The position numbers and the translations under genes were made by a program. A stretch of DNA of 62,856 nt, filler included, from Choristocarpus tenellus KU-1152 (Eukaryota; Protista; Phaeophyceae), in the NCBI GenBank assembly GCA_964200185.2. It is 9 parts of 9 records of this genome, joined end to end, with 100 filler letters (N's around TTAATTAATTAA, not from the genome) between each part and the next. Parts side by side here need not be neighbours in the genome. Positions count along the whole stretch, not along the records: positions 25,206 to 28,059 come from CAXNAD020024180.1; positions 28,160 to 36,459 come from CAXNAD020004877.1; positions 36,560 to 42,698 come from CAXNAD020008849.1; 6 more parts are not named here. The stretch is one strand, 5' to 3'. Within the stretch, counting starts at the first letter, position 1. Each line of letters begins with the position of its first letter. Shown piece by piece: positions 25,252-36,599 of the stretch. The notes below the pieces were generated by a model. It was not told the DNA's origin. It did not search any database and saw only the letters and a program-made list of their open reading frames with translations.

Positions 25252-27146
25252 AAAAAAAAAAAGTGGTACCACTTCATTCTGGATGAGGCACAGAACATCA
25301 AGAACTTCAAGTCCCAGCGATGGCAGACACTATTAACGTTCAACTCACAGCGGCGCCTCCTTCTCACAGGAACTCCTCTTCAGAACAGTCTCATGGAGTT
25401 GTGGTCCCTCATGCACTTTCTCATGCCTCATGTCTTTCGAAGGTAATGGTTATGGTAATTGTTATGGTAATGGTACTGGCGGATTGGATTGTAGGCTGAA
25501 TTAGATTATATGCAATTGTTTTGTTTTATTTTGTTTAGGGTGTTAATTAAGGGTTAGGGAAGTGTTTCATAGTGCAATGCCTCTGTTTGTACTTACATAA
25601 TTTAGGGTTAGGGTTGTCTTGGGTTTTGGTGAACCTTTTTGTTGTTTTTGTGGTCCCATTCTGCAGCCTAGACTTAATGTGCATAAATGTTGTGTTGTGT
25701 TGTGTTGTGTTGGCTGTCCTCAACGGTACATATGTCAGACATGACACATTTTATAGGTGTTCATCCTGGTGATGAAAAAATGTGAAAAAACCTGGAAGAA
25801 AAGATGAGTGGGGGAATCTCCACCCACTTGATGTATGTTTTGATCTGACTGTTCATGAACAGACAGCACTGCCAAGAGAAAATTGGAGAACTAGTGGTGG
25901 TTTATATCGTGTTGAATATCTGTGTTGTGGTTTTAGTACTCCTTGAAGATGGTTTTCTTTACAGTGCCCTTCAGTCCCCATGCATTTGTTGTAACTCTAC
26001 ATGTAGTGTTTTCAGGGCTCTCTGACTGGGTTGTAAGTAGTTGACTAAGTCTGCAAGCTATGCCATAGAAGTAGTTGACAGCCCTGGACTAAACGATCAC
26101 AATGAGATATTGGGGTCAACATCAGATTGGGTTGCAATGTGTGTGTTGGGAACATGAATGTTTTCTTGAGTTGTTGACTTAGGGTTAGGTTATAGGGTTA
26201 GGGTTAGGGTTAGGGTTGTAATTGGTTGGTTGGAAGGTTAGGATTGTGCTCTTTTTTGAGGGGCTAGGGTTAGGGTTGGAGAGTGATTTTGGACTGTCGT
26301 ACTAAAGTAGTGATATGATGTCATGAATTTTTATTTTTAATTTGAGGGTTGTGATAACCTGCTGATGAACCAGTTGTATAGACTAATATATACTGGTACA
26401 TCTTTTTTCAATTTTATAGTGAAAATCTTACAAAATACTGTAGTATTTAGTATTGTACATCTTTTTCTGGAAGTTCGGTTGAATTTTACTTTGTATTTTT
26501 GTATGTAAAATTATTTTTTTTGTGATGGTGATAGCTAAGTAGTGTCTTGTGTGGTGTTAGAGTGTGTGGTGGTGTTTAGAGGAAGATTTTCTATTTTAGT
26601 ATCTCTGATATTGTTTTTTTGTTGAAAGATGCTTCATGTTTTTTTTATTGTGTCAGAAGGTCTATTCTTTTTCAAGTGCCGGTATTAGTATTTTGATATT
26701 TCATTTTTATTTTTATTAGAAGTGTTTGTGTACTACTCTCAGCAAGCTGGAAAATTCTTGAAATGTATTTTTTAAATTTTAGTTTGATAAGAAAAGTGTC
26801 TCCCTTCCTCCAATCATCGTAGAGGGCACTCTGTAGCAACCTCTGTAGTGACTGACCCTGGCAGCCGCTCCTGTGGCTGTTATTTGAAATGTTTTAAAAT
26901 TGCTGTAGTTAAAAAACAAACAAACCAGCAATAATGACATATCATGCCACCATCTGCACTTCTGATTTTTTAATTTTACATATATTTATATATTTATATA
27001 TTTAATGTAACAGTCGAAGGGAGTTCAGCTACTGGTTTTCACAGCCCCTTACTCATATGGTTGAGGGATACAGGGATACAAATGATGACCTTATCCGGAG
27101 ACTACACTCAGTGGTACGGCCTTTCTTACTCAGGAGACTCAAGAAG
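25252..27146 (+). CDS. SWR1: SWR1/SRCAP/PIE1-type SNF2 chromatin-remodelling ATPase, 2 internal exons (~25252-25442, 27014-27146)
   Basis: KKWYHFILDEAQNIKNFKSQRWQTLLTFNSQRRLLLTGTPLQNSLMELWSLMHFLMPHVFR|SRREFSYWFSQPL...IRRLHSVVRPFLLRRLKK; DEAQ box and motif III typical of the SWR1 subfamily; GT-AG phase-2 intron 25443-27013. Confidence 0.93.
26179..26217 (+). repeat. Interstitial telomere-like (TTAGGG)n tract in SWR1 intron
   Basis: TTAGGGTTAGGTTATAGGGTTAGGGTTAGGGTTAGGGTT; shorter tracts at ~2774, 7537-7559 (CCCTAA), 25547-25560, 25602-25615, 26265-26278. Confidence 0.85.
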
Positions 27147-27182
27147 GTCAGTTAGAACTAACTCATATTTACACATATATAT

Positions 27183-27184
<2 letters not shown>

Positions 27185-27233
<49 letters not shown>
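27185..27233. repeat. (AC)n microsatellite flanked by (AT)n
   Basis: Direct reading. Confidence 0.95.
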
Positions 27234-27243
<10 letters not shown>

Positions 27244-28291
27244 CACGAAGGAAAGGGGGTGTGTGTTCTTGTGGGGTTTGAAAGTATGGGTGGACATCAC
27301 TGAGTGATTTTGAAGATATGTGAAGATATTTGAAGATATTTGAAGAAGTAGTCGAGGGTGTTTTGGTATTTGTCTGACGGAGTATATGCCTACAATTTTT
27401 TGGGTTTGGGGGTGGGGGGTGGGGGTTGGGGGACAGGTTTTGATTATCTCAAGTCCATGTGGCAAGCATAATGCAATCTCTTGAAGTATCTACAAAGGAT
27501 CTATGAAAGGAAGAGGGGCATTTTGAAAGTATTCTGTTGATACTGCAGTTGCAATAAAAGGGAAGGATGACAATAGGACAATTATCGCACGTGTATAATG
27601 CTTTTCATTCAGTGGTGTAGTACTATCTACTACTTGGACACATAGTAACTGCTATTTTCTTTGATGATGTTGGAGTGTCTATTTTGATATATACATGTGT
27701 ATGTGTGAATGGTATGGCACAGATGAAGGTGTCTTGGAAGGAGCACTATTATATATGTGTGTCTGTTCTAACATTTCCTTTGCAATCAGATGCCAAGTGG
27801 TTACGAATTAGAATTGTTAAAAATAAATAAATTGTTACTAACATTTTTTAAGAAGCGAATTCCATAAATTCTGTAAATTCTGTTCTCTGAGGTAGTTCTT
27901 TTTGATCGCACACAGTATCATTACCATCATTTTTGCCAGTACCAGTATTCTTTTACAACAATTAGATCCTAACCCTAACAAAATGATTTGACAGCTGCAC
28001 ATGCACAAAAAGGGCATATCCCCTCCCCCCCCCAACTTGAGCAGTGTGTCCACACACCCNNNNNNNNNNNNNNNNNNNNNNNNNNNNNNNNNNNNNNNNN
28101 NNNTTAATTAATTAANNNNNNNNNNNNNNNNNNNNNNNNNNNNNNNNNNNNNNNNNNNNTACTTAGGGTCATTTTGGAGTAGGAAAGTGTCATAAAACCC
28201 CCGAGGGAAGACTAGCCCCAAACCGACAAACAGGGCAAAACTCGTACCCTCTAAGATACTTTCACTCATTTACTGGAATATAGGAGCAACA

Positions 28292-28549
28292 GAGCCAAAG
28301 TATCTTAGAGGGCACAGCCACGTCCATTTGGGGACCAGTACCCAGTGTTGCAATTTTGATGTAATTTTGACTATCGTGTTTGTTAGGAGATGTCAATATC
28401 CTTGTCTGGACACTCTTTTTCATAAGGTATACATTTTACCTACTCTGAAACATTTCGGAGTAGGAAAAATGATAATAAAAACATCTGGGAAGCCAAGCCC
28501 CACATGGACAAACAGGGAAAAATCCGTACCCTATAAAATACTTTCACTC
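28292..28549 (+). mobile_element. MITE family A (~260 bp, TIR GAG(CC/TG)AAAGTATCTTAGAGGGTA)
   Basis: Imperfect ~23-bp TIRs and internal sequence shared with at least 8 other copies; a partial copy lies at 28160-28268. Confidence 0.85.
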
Positions 28550-28598
28550 AACAACCTCCAATATCTTGCCTCCATCCCACTTCCCCCTCATTCTCAAG

Positions 28599-28884
28599 GA
28601 TGATGTATGGGGCCCAGCAAGATGAGTATGACTTCCACAAGGCAGGGTTTGATCGTTCCATCCTCGATCAATTCCTGACTCTTTCCGGTTTCTGCAATAT
28701 CCAGATGGTCAATGGTAGGGCTGGGACAGGGGGCGGAGAGGAGGGAAGACCCCAGAGTATTGGCTTTGGGCTTTTCAATGACACCAGTGAAAAAGTGTTC
28801 AGAGGAACACCCATCAGTCTCAATGTGTGGGCCAAGGCGTGTGGAAAATCTGGCCCACAAGTCAAGGTGGGACTGCAAGTTTGA
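28599..28884 (+). CDS. Terminal exon of a predicted SAM-dependent methyltransferase-like protein
   Basis: Polypyrimidine + AAG acceptor at 28598; MMYGAQQDEYDFHKAGFDRSILDQFLTLSGFCNIQ...FGLFNDTS...GTPISLNVWAK matches the C-terminal half of a family of predicted methyltransferases (GGQxDxYDxHxxG...FGLFxDTS...ISLN). Confidence 0.65.
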
Positions 28885-29901
28885 AGACTATTGTACAACA
28901 CGGACAATTTATTCCAGCTGCTATCTGAGCTTATACCATGCTCCAAGTGAGTTGAAGTCATATCCTATGCCAATTGCCAGTTCTGAAGCAGATGTGTATT
29001 AAGCACCACACTTCTGCAGACCTATTGGGTCAGGACAGATAGATGTTGCCAATACTAGACCCAATGGAAGCCTCATGCTCAAGTGACTGAAAGGTCCTTG
29101 AGGGTGATGGTTGGACAATCACAGTCTTACATAATCCAATACAAACTCCTCAAACTTTGAGCTATATGTTGCATGAAAAATTCATCTTGGACTCTAAAGG
29201 TAGTACCCACTCTCCTCTCACTGAAACTTGGACTCTTCCAGGCTACTACGTTGCACTATTGTAATGAACTCTCGACTTCTGTTCTATCCTTTCCATTTCA
29301 ACATATATTCTCGCAGCTTCCATCCTGCAAGAAGCCATGTATGTACTATTTCACCTGTTGGGAATTCGAGAATGACTAGTGGTCTAGTTATCTGGAAAAG
29401 GCAAAGTTAAGAATTGGGAAGGTCCACAAAGGCATGGGTGATCTACACCACATATCACATGTTGATTTGCAACCATATTATCCTAGTCAAAGTATGACTG
29501 AGAGGATCACAAACGAATTGTTGAGACTCAGTCCAGAGGTTGCCAGTGTTGAGAGGGGGATATGTCAGAACAGAAGAGGACCTTGAATGCAAGTGACTGG
29601 CGAGCCTTCATCAGTCAATGCAAGCGTCCATTCAGAAATCCCATTTGAATTAGGATTGTCTGCCGTGATAAATCCCTCTCATGATCCCATGATCCCTTTA
29701 AAGAGCACAAAATTGCACTTCTAAAATCATGCCCTCATTATTGGACTATACGGCCAGAGGGAGTATCACAAGCTTAGATTTCCTGCTATAGTTGCTACTA
29801 CTCGAATGCTTTAGCAGCTTCAGTTCTACCTGAAGGGGAGACTAATGGAGTAAAATGAGAATAACCATCCCAAATTGCTGTTGTGTATTGCTTATGCAAA
29901 T

Positions 29902-30156
29902 GAGCCAAAGTATCTTAGAGGGTAGAGCCGTGTCCGCATGGACCCAAAATCCAATGTTGCGATTTTGATGTAATTTTGGCAAACGAGTTTGTAAGGAAGT
30001 GTCAACATCCTTGTTCGGATACACCTTTTCATAACGTAACATTTTACCTACTCCGAAACATTTCAGAGCAGGTAACATATAATAAAAACCTGTGGGAAAC
30101 CAAGCCCCAAATGGATAAACAGGGCAAAACTCCTACCCTCTTAAATACTTTGGGTC
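29902..30156 (+). mobile_element. MITE family A copy
   Basis: GAGCCAAAGTATCTTAGAGGGTAG...TACCCTCTTAAATACTTTGGGTC. Confidence 0.85.
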
Positions 30157-31136
30157 AAATCGAAAGTTTAGCTGTCTTACCACTGAGGTCAACAAAGTGA
30201 TATCCAGTTTTCTTACCACCCTGGGTGAGGTACTCGGTGAGGTAAGCTTCCATACACCCTTGCTAAACTAACACTTGGTCCTAATGGCCCGAAGTAATGC
30301 CGATTGCAGCTACAGTTGGCTAGAGCAGGGCCTCATGAGAATAATCATAGAAGGAATGATAGAGGCTAAGTTGATGTTTTGTTGGGCTCTATGGGACATA
30401 GAGTCTTGCTGAGGACGCAATATTGCATTGAATTATGACTTTAACTTTTTATGTGGTCGTTTGCACAAAGCATAGACTCATAAAGGTTTACCAGCAACAA
30501 GGTCATGTTAAATTATGAGAGTGCCATTCAAATGAATGGCAACAGTTCTGGCTGCAACGGCATTGCTTTCACAACTGTCCACTGCGACCTGGAGGGGAAA
30601 AAAGTGTTTCCTGAAGTGAGGACAGGTATAACATTGTGGAGCTTTGCTTGTATTGATTAACCTTCCAATTGAATGGCAATCGTGAGCTCCCCATGCCCAG
30701 CAATGAAGTGCACATGGAAGAAACGCAGGAGCTGCGACTGAACTTGAAGAGAGGAACAGGGCTGGGCTTTTTTTTAGTCATATATGTACAAATGCTGCTC
30801 TCCCCAGACATCAACTATCTGCAAGTAGCAGGAGTCGGCTCATTGATATTTTTGAGCACTCTGGAGAGTTCAACACATCCAGCAATTTGCTCACTCATTA
30901 GGACGCATCCAACCTGGTTCAGTATGCACAAACGCTCCCCCACTCACTTTTTTGCCCTCCCAGAAGGTCAACCTGTGGTAGGTGATGCCTGTGTCTCCAA
31001 TACTGACTAAGTTATCACATCATGTTGGTGATACTATGTCGCACAACGTGATAGTTTTGCATCTTCTGTGGCTATCAATTTTTATCCCTCAGTCATGAAA
31101 ATTGCAGATGTCCGTCCAGTTCAAAGCTATAGCTCA

Positions 31137-34100
31137 CTAACCCTTATTCAAGTTGCGACTTTGATATTTCGGCAAAGGAAGTCGGGGCAGCAATGTCCTA
31201 TTTTTGCGTACCCAATCCAATGCTTTGGCCTCAATAACTTTCCGTGTAGATTGATGCAGTCTTTCACCGCCAAGCCCTACAGCCTTCCGAATGGTGATTG
31301 AAATCCATTCATCATCTTGCCCCCCCGACAAACCTTGGTCCAAAGCACTCAATAATTCTAATGCCATCTCATCTCCCCCGCCAAGTTCCGCCCGGAGGTC
31401 CTCAACAAGTGTGCGGAAGCGGTCATGGTAAAGGGCTGAGAAGCAATCCCGCCGAAAGTATGACACCAGATCTTCCACAGCTCCACTCTCTAGGGCATTT
31501 TCCAAACCCTGGATGGGTACCAACAATGGCGAGGAACAAAGACAGAGTAATACCCGGTTGAGGTTGGGGTTCAGATTGTAACTCCTTTGAACTACACTAG
31601 TGTGCACTGTTGAGGAAATAGTCAGAGAGGCAGATTTTCACAAGAGAGTTCTGGTGGGGTCAGCGGGGCACATGGGGACAACAGCCATGGAAATAGAATG
31701 GATGGTGTCTGTTGAAAAGAATCAGATAAGGCCTTTGTATATTCTCCAGCTCCATGCAAAACAATGATTTTCAAGGAAAGTAGCAAAGACCAAGTCGCCC
31801 TAGGTCAAAATTGGTCTTAAATTCTCTGGAGTGAGAATAAGGGGGGGGACGATTCTTGCTTTAAAGTAAAGTTATCTACCTACAGCAAGGAACATTCCAC
31901 AGAGACCACCGCTATGAAAGATCACGCATATATTTCTACACATTAAACGAGGGGGACATAGAGTTAACCAGAAGGACACCCAACCTTCTGCACAGGCCTC
32001 TAACTGGTTCGCGGATGTGGGGAAATATTGATACACACTGCATTCAACACTCACAAGTGTACATATGCACGTTTTTCCAAATTATTTTTACTCTGCTCCC
32101 ATCTCAAAACATGTGCTTCCCTCCTTTCGGTGCACCATAGCCCACCTGAAGGTAACCCAGATGGATGCCGACAATTCGGGACAGATTTTCCGCCTCCACC
32201 GGTTGTGCACCACAATACACAATATCACACACACGGTCCAGTGCATCAACCCTCACTGCACAATAATGATCATGTGCCTGGCCCCCCTCCTCTCTACTCC
32301 CACCCTCGCTGTGTTTTCTCCCTTCTAATGAAGGTATTGCACCAGTAGCAAAAGTCTTTGCCTCTCCTTGCCTGATACCACCATTGGATACATCACTCTC
32401 CCCCTCCACCCCTTGTCCCAGTATTACGCTGGCACCAGCTGCAGATGTTTGGGGCGATGTGACCCTCATGTAATGGAGGCCGCCAGGGAGCAAGGCACTC
32501 ACACATCGTGGTAGCTCAAACTTCGGTGGCTTTATGTCAACCCTACCTGGTCCTGCCCCTTTCTCTGTTTCCCTACCTACGCCAGAGAGAGGGTCCACCT
32601 CAGCCAGGATGCATGTTGCAAGATATTCCCCCACCTTGGGCATTGATACCAGAGGGGGGAGAGCAGGTGGCAGGGCAAGGGAGGGGAAGATTGTATCTCT
32701 AGAGGGGATAATCGACCAATTACTGGTCAAAACAAGGTTAGTTTGCTCTGGCAACGTGGTTTTGGCAATGGGATAAACATGTTCAATGGGGATTGTAAGC
32801 CTCCTGACTGGATTCAAATGAGACATGGTCTAGAGGTGGTATCCCTATCCCAATAGAGGGAGTACATAGAGGAAAGGAACACCGAGCGATATCCAAAGGA
32901 TACATAGAGAGGGCAAGCAATATTCAACCAACAGGGTAGAGTGGTGAAGAGCTAGGAAGGAATGTAATTGTCTCAGTCTTGTTTGTGAGTACTTGCCTGA
33001 ACCTCCAAATTACTATCATTTACAGTATTTTCGCGCTAAGAACAGCACCAATTTGAAAATCAACAGGCATACCAGAACAAAACTGTCATTGTGTCCCTTA
33101 CTTCTGCCTAGTACTGCCCCATCTTGATTTACTTTCCAAAACGCCTCCCTCCTCTTCCACAATTGAACCTTTCACAGACCTCTCTTGAGTTGTACCATTG
33201 GTGTGGGAGTGCCACCCGCCGGTGTACCCTGGAAAACTTAGTTAGAGTCCCTCCTGCTAGAACAGTGGGGTCTGCCGTCCGGAAAAGCAGGTCAACCACC
33301 AGCTTTCCGTCATACACAAGGCCACTTCGGTTGACAGCCTGGAAGACGTCGGGGTCCACATCTGGAGTTGCCCCACAAAGCAGGAGGGTGCACAGCAAAG
33401 TATCTGTGTTCTCCAGTTGACCTTCCAAACTCTCTTCAGTGTCTTTTCCTCCTCCTGCATTCCCCTCTCTGCTACTGCCACTGACTGAAGAGTGCTCTAA
33501 CATTACTGCTTCAACATTCCCATTGGGCCCAAGGCGCACACCTGTCAGTCTAAAGTCATTACGTTCTCCTACCCCTAGGGTCGACAATGCTGCCGCTGCT
33601 GCCTTGTCTATCAATGGGTCACCAAGTGAACAACCTCCAAGGCAATCATTTTGCCCTGGTGATTGCCCCGCCAGAACTCCTCCTGGTGCTGGGGGGGGGA
33701 CGTAAACAACTGTTATATGTTGTGGTTGTACACCAAGATCAATGAGCCCTTGGACTGCTGCGAGAGCCTTGAGGGCGCCCCCATATACAACCACACCTCC
33801 TTCTCCCATGACACCACCACCTTCCCTGTTCCCAGTACTATCTTGTTTCTCTCTACTGCCAATTCCCAATGCTGCCTCCACCTTCTGAAGCAAATCTGAG
33901 GTGTCCAAGGAGAGGAAACCAGGTACACCAGGGTCTGATGGGTCAACACCAGGGAGCCACAGCCCCAGGTATCTTGATGAGTTATCCTGTGTGATAGAAT
34001 TAGTGATTAGATAATGACCGCTTTTGAGCACAAGTTTAATAAGCTCAACTTTTTTTTTATGTATTCAAATGGAGGCAAACCATGCACAGTGCTGTGGGGC

Positions 34101-36131
34101 TCTGCAAGGAGACCAACCAGCGCATACATTTGAGAGAACATAACCATACAAAACTTTCAGTTCGATTTTCTGTTTCGATTGATTATGATCCAATCAAATT
34201 GAGGACATTCAATAGCTACAATTCACAGTGAGAAAGGGAATGCGCACATTGTAATTGGATCAATAGTGTCGTGACCGCTAGGGGCATTAGGGAATGTAGG
34301 GTGTTGTATAATTGTGCATAATGCAGTAAAGTTTTGTATGTGAATGTGAATGTGTGTGTACAATGTTTGATACTGGGTAAGGACAAGGTGTTGTGAATAC
34401 GAAGTAGAGGGAAAGTATAGACATGTAACAATCGGAATGGAAATGTTGATGTATCATACAGTACATGAATCGGAAAAAATGAGCACATCTTAGGGGTTAT
34501 CCTTTCGTAATGTGAGGGTATCCATCACATCGATACATACCCACTGAGATTTTGTAGGTGATATCAAGGGGGGTATGAGGACGAGGCATGACAATTTCTG
34601 TATGCGAAATTTCTATTGATTCTCATATGCTCCACTATTTCCGTTTCCCTATCTTGTATCTTCTGTGTATTCATGTCTCAGGGCAAAATTTCATACAAAA
34701 AAAACAAACACACTGCAAGAAATCAACATGCAGAGTGCTGGACACGGGACCGTGGGCAGGTTTTCTATCCCCCAATGAAGTTGTAGTTGAAGAGACGAAA
34801 ATGAACTTGTCTTGCCTTTTCAACACACCTTCCTTCACTGCGCACACTTTCCTCCATGCTGACAAACTGATTTGTTGGTGACTACTGATCAATACAAACA
34901 TCAATATAGGACATGATGCCCATCAAACACATTCTCGGATCAATATTTTAAAAGCCTATCAATAGTTGGAAAACCCATCAATTACGAGAGCAATACCTAC
35001 TACGTGGTACAAAAGAAAGTTATTACCGTAGTGTAATATTTGATGAGAACAATTTACAAGCTCAAGCAGGAAAGAACGAAAAATATGGCGACTGAAGAAC
35101 AACTGAGAAACTTCGGAAGAAAAAATAGGTGATGAGGAATGGTCTTAATGGTCTTAGGACAGTACAGGAATTTTTCAGAGGATTCTTCTGGCATTTTCTC
35201 CAGAAAAAAGGAAATGATGATAAAAAAAAAATCTTCCTCTCTCTCATTCCCAAAATAGAAACGATAACCTACTAACAGTACAGGAATTTTTCAGAAGATT
35301 CTTCTGGCATTTTCTCCAGAAAAAAGGAAAGGATGATAAATAAAAAAACTTCTCCCTCTCTCTCATTCCTCAAATAGAAACGCTAACCTACTTTTCAACT
35401 TTACTCTTCGGTTAATGTTGCTAAGTGGCGACCAAGGTGTAGGTTGAAAGTATAGAGGGATGCAATATACTTTTGAGAGTGACTGGGGGGCATAGAGACC
35501 CTGTTTGTCTCCCCACTTTGTTCTAGTTGTGGAATATGCTGACTGTGAACATCCTATCAAGTGCCTGTCCCGTACTGGGAACACACCTATTTACAAATAA
35601 TGATAATTTCTGCTGCTGTTCTTGTAATAGTTTCTGCTACATTCCCTGCTCAGTCTCCTCTCTTTAATTGTTTGGTGCACATTGCGATATTTCTTACTTC
35701 TTGCTGTGTGACAGCGGTCAATGTTCACCATCACGTAAAATCAAGATCATACGTCATAGTAGTACATACTCTGGAGGGGATATTTCTAGGGGTATTTCAC
35801 TTTCCACAAATATTAATCATCTTGTCCAAACCCCAGATAAGGGTAAAGGTAGAGTAAAAATGATAAATACAACTTTGCACAAAAGCATTCATAGTAGGAG
35901 TCGCGCCAATACTCCTGGTACCATTGCAGTGCACCATAGCCATATCACATGAACCACACGGCATAGAATGGGTGCAGAAGCAGAGGGGTAAAAAATTAAG
36001 GTGAATGCACCACCAGGCATTGCACTCGCACCTGAAGGCCAGTACAAAGGACTAGAGCATCGTAGGGGACGACAGATCCGTCTGGGAGAAGTATCGCCCT
36101 ATTCTCTCTATCAAGGTCCATCATTCTAGAT
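31137..36131 (-). CDS. CFAP61: Cilia- and flagella-associated protein 61, last 4 exons: 36032-36131, 33180-33986, 32146-32634, 31137-31508
   Basis: Phase-consistent GT-AG exons: LDRENRAILLPDGSVVPYDALVLCTGLQ; VVVYGGALKALAAVQGL; DVDPDVFQAVNRSGLVYDGKLVVDLLFRTADP..LAGGTLTKFSR...YNSREVGEYLA; LLPGGLHY; DLVSYFRRDCFSALYHDRF. These are characteristic of the CFAP61 FAD/NAD-fold C-terminus. Confidence 0.9.
35160..35392. repeat. Tandem duplication of a ~115-bp unit in a CFAP61 intron
   Basis: ACAGTACAGGAATTTTTCAGA...ATAGAAACGxTAACCTACT occurs twice head-to-tail (35160-35274, 35275-35392). Confidence 0.9.
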
Positions 36132-36599
36132 CTGGAGAGAACATAGGATAGCCAAAAGAATCCACAGGTCAGTATCAATCGGCAGAGTACGAATAAGAGG
36201 AGCCCTCTCTTGTTTCAGTGCAGTATCCTTAAACACAATTGTAAGAGTTGGGAGGATGGAATTAGGTTTTGAATAGAACAAAGAAAGGAGAGGGATATGT
36301 CGTGGATGGAAGGGAATTCATTCATACCTTATAGTGTGTCTCAATCGATATCGTATGAGAAAAGTTGTTAATCAAGGTGCAGGGTTGTGAGTTGACTGGG
36401 GGTCAAAGTATCTGGGGGTGGGGTGTGGTTTGTGAGGGGGCGTCCGTTTCGGTCAAACANNNNNNNNNNNNNNNNNNNNNNNNNNNNNNNNNNNNNNNNN
36501 NNNTTAATTAATTAANNNNNNNNNNNNNNNNNNNNNNNNNNNNNNNNNNNNNNNNNNNNCAAATGGACAGCTGCTACCCCCTCCCCGATACTTTGAGCC

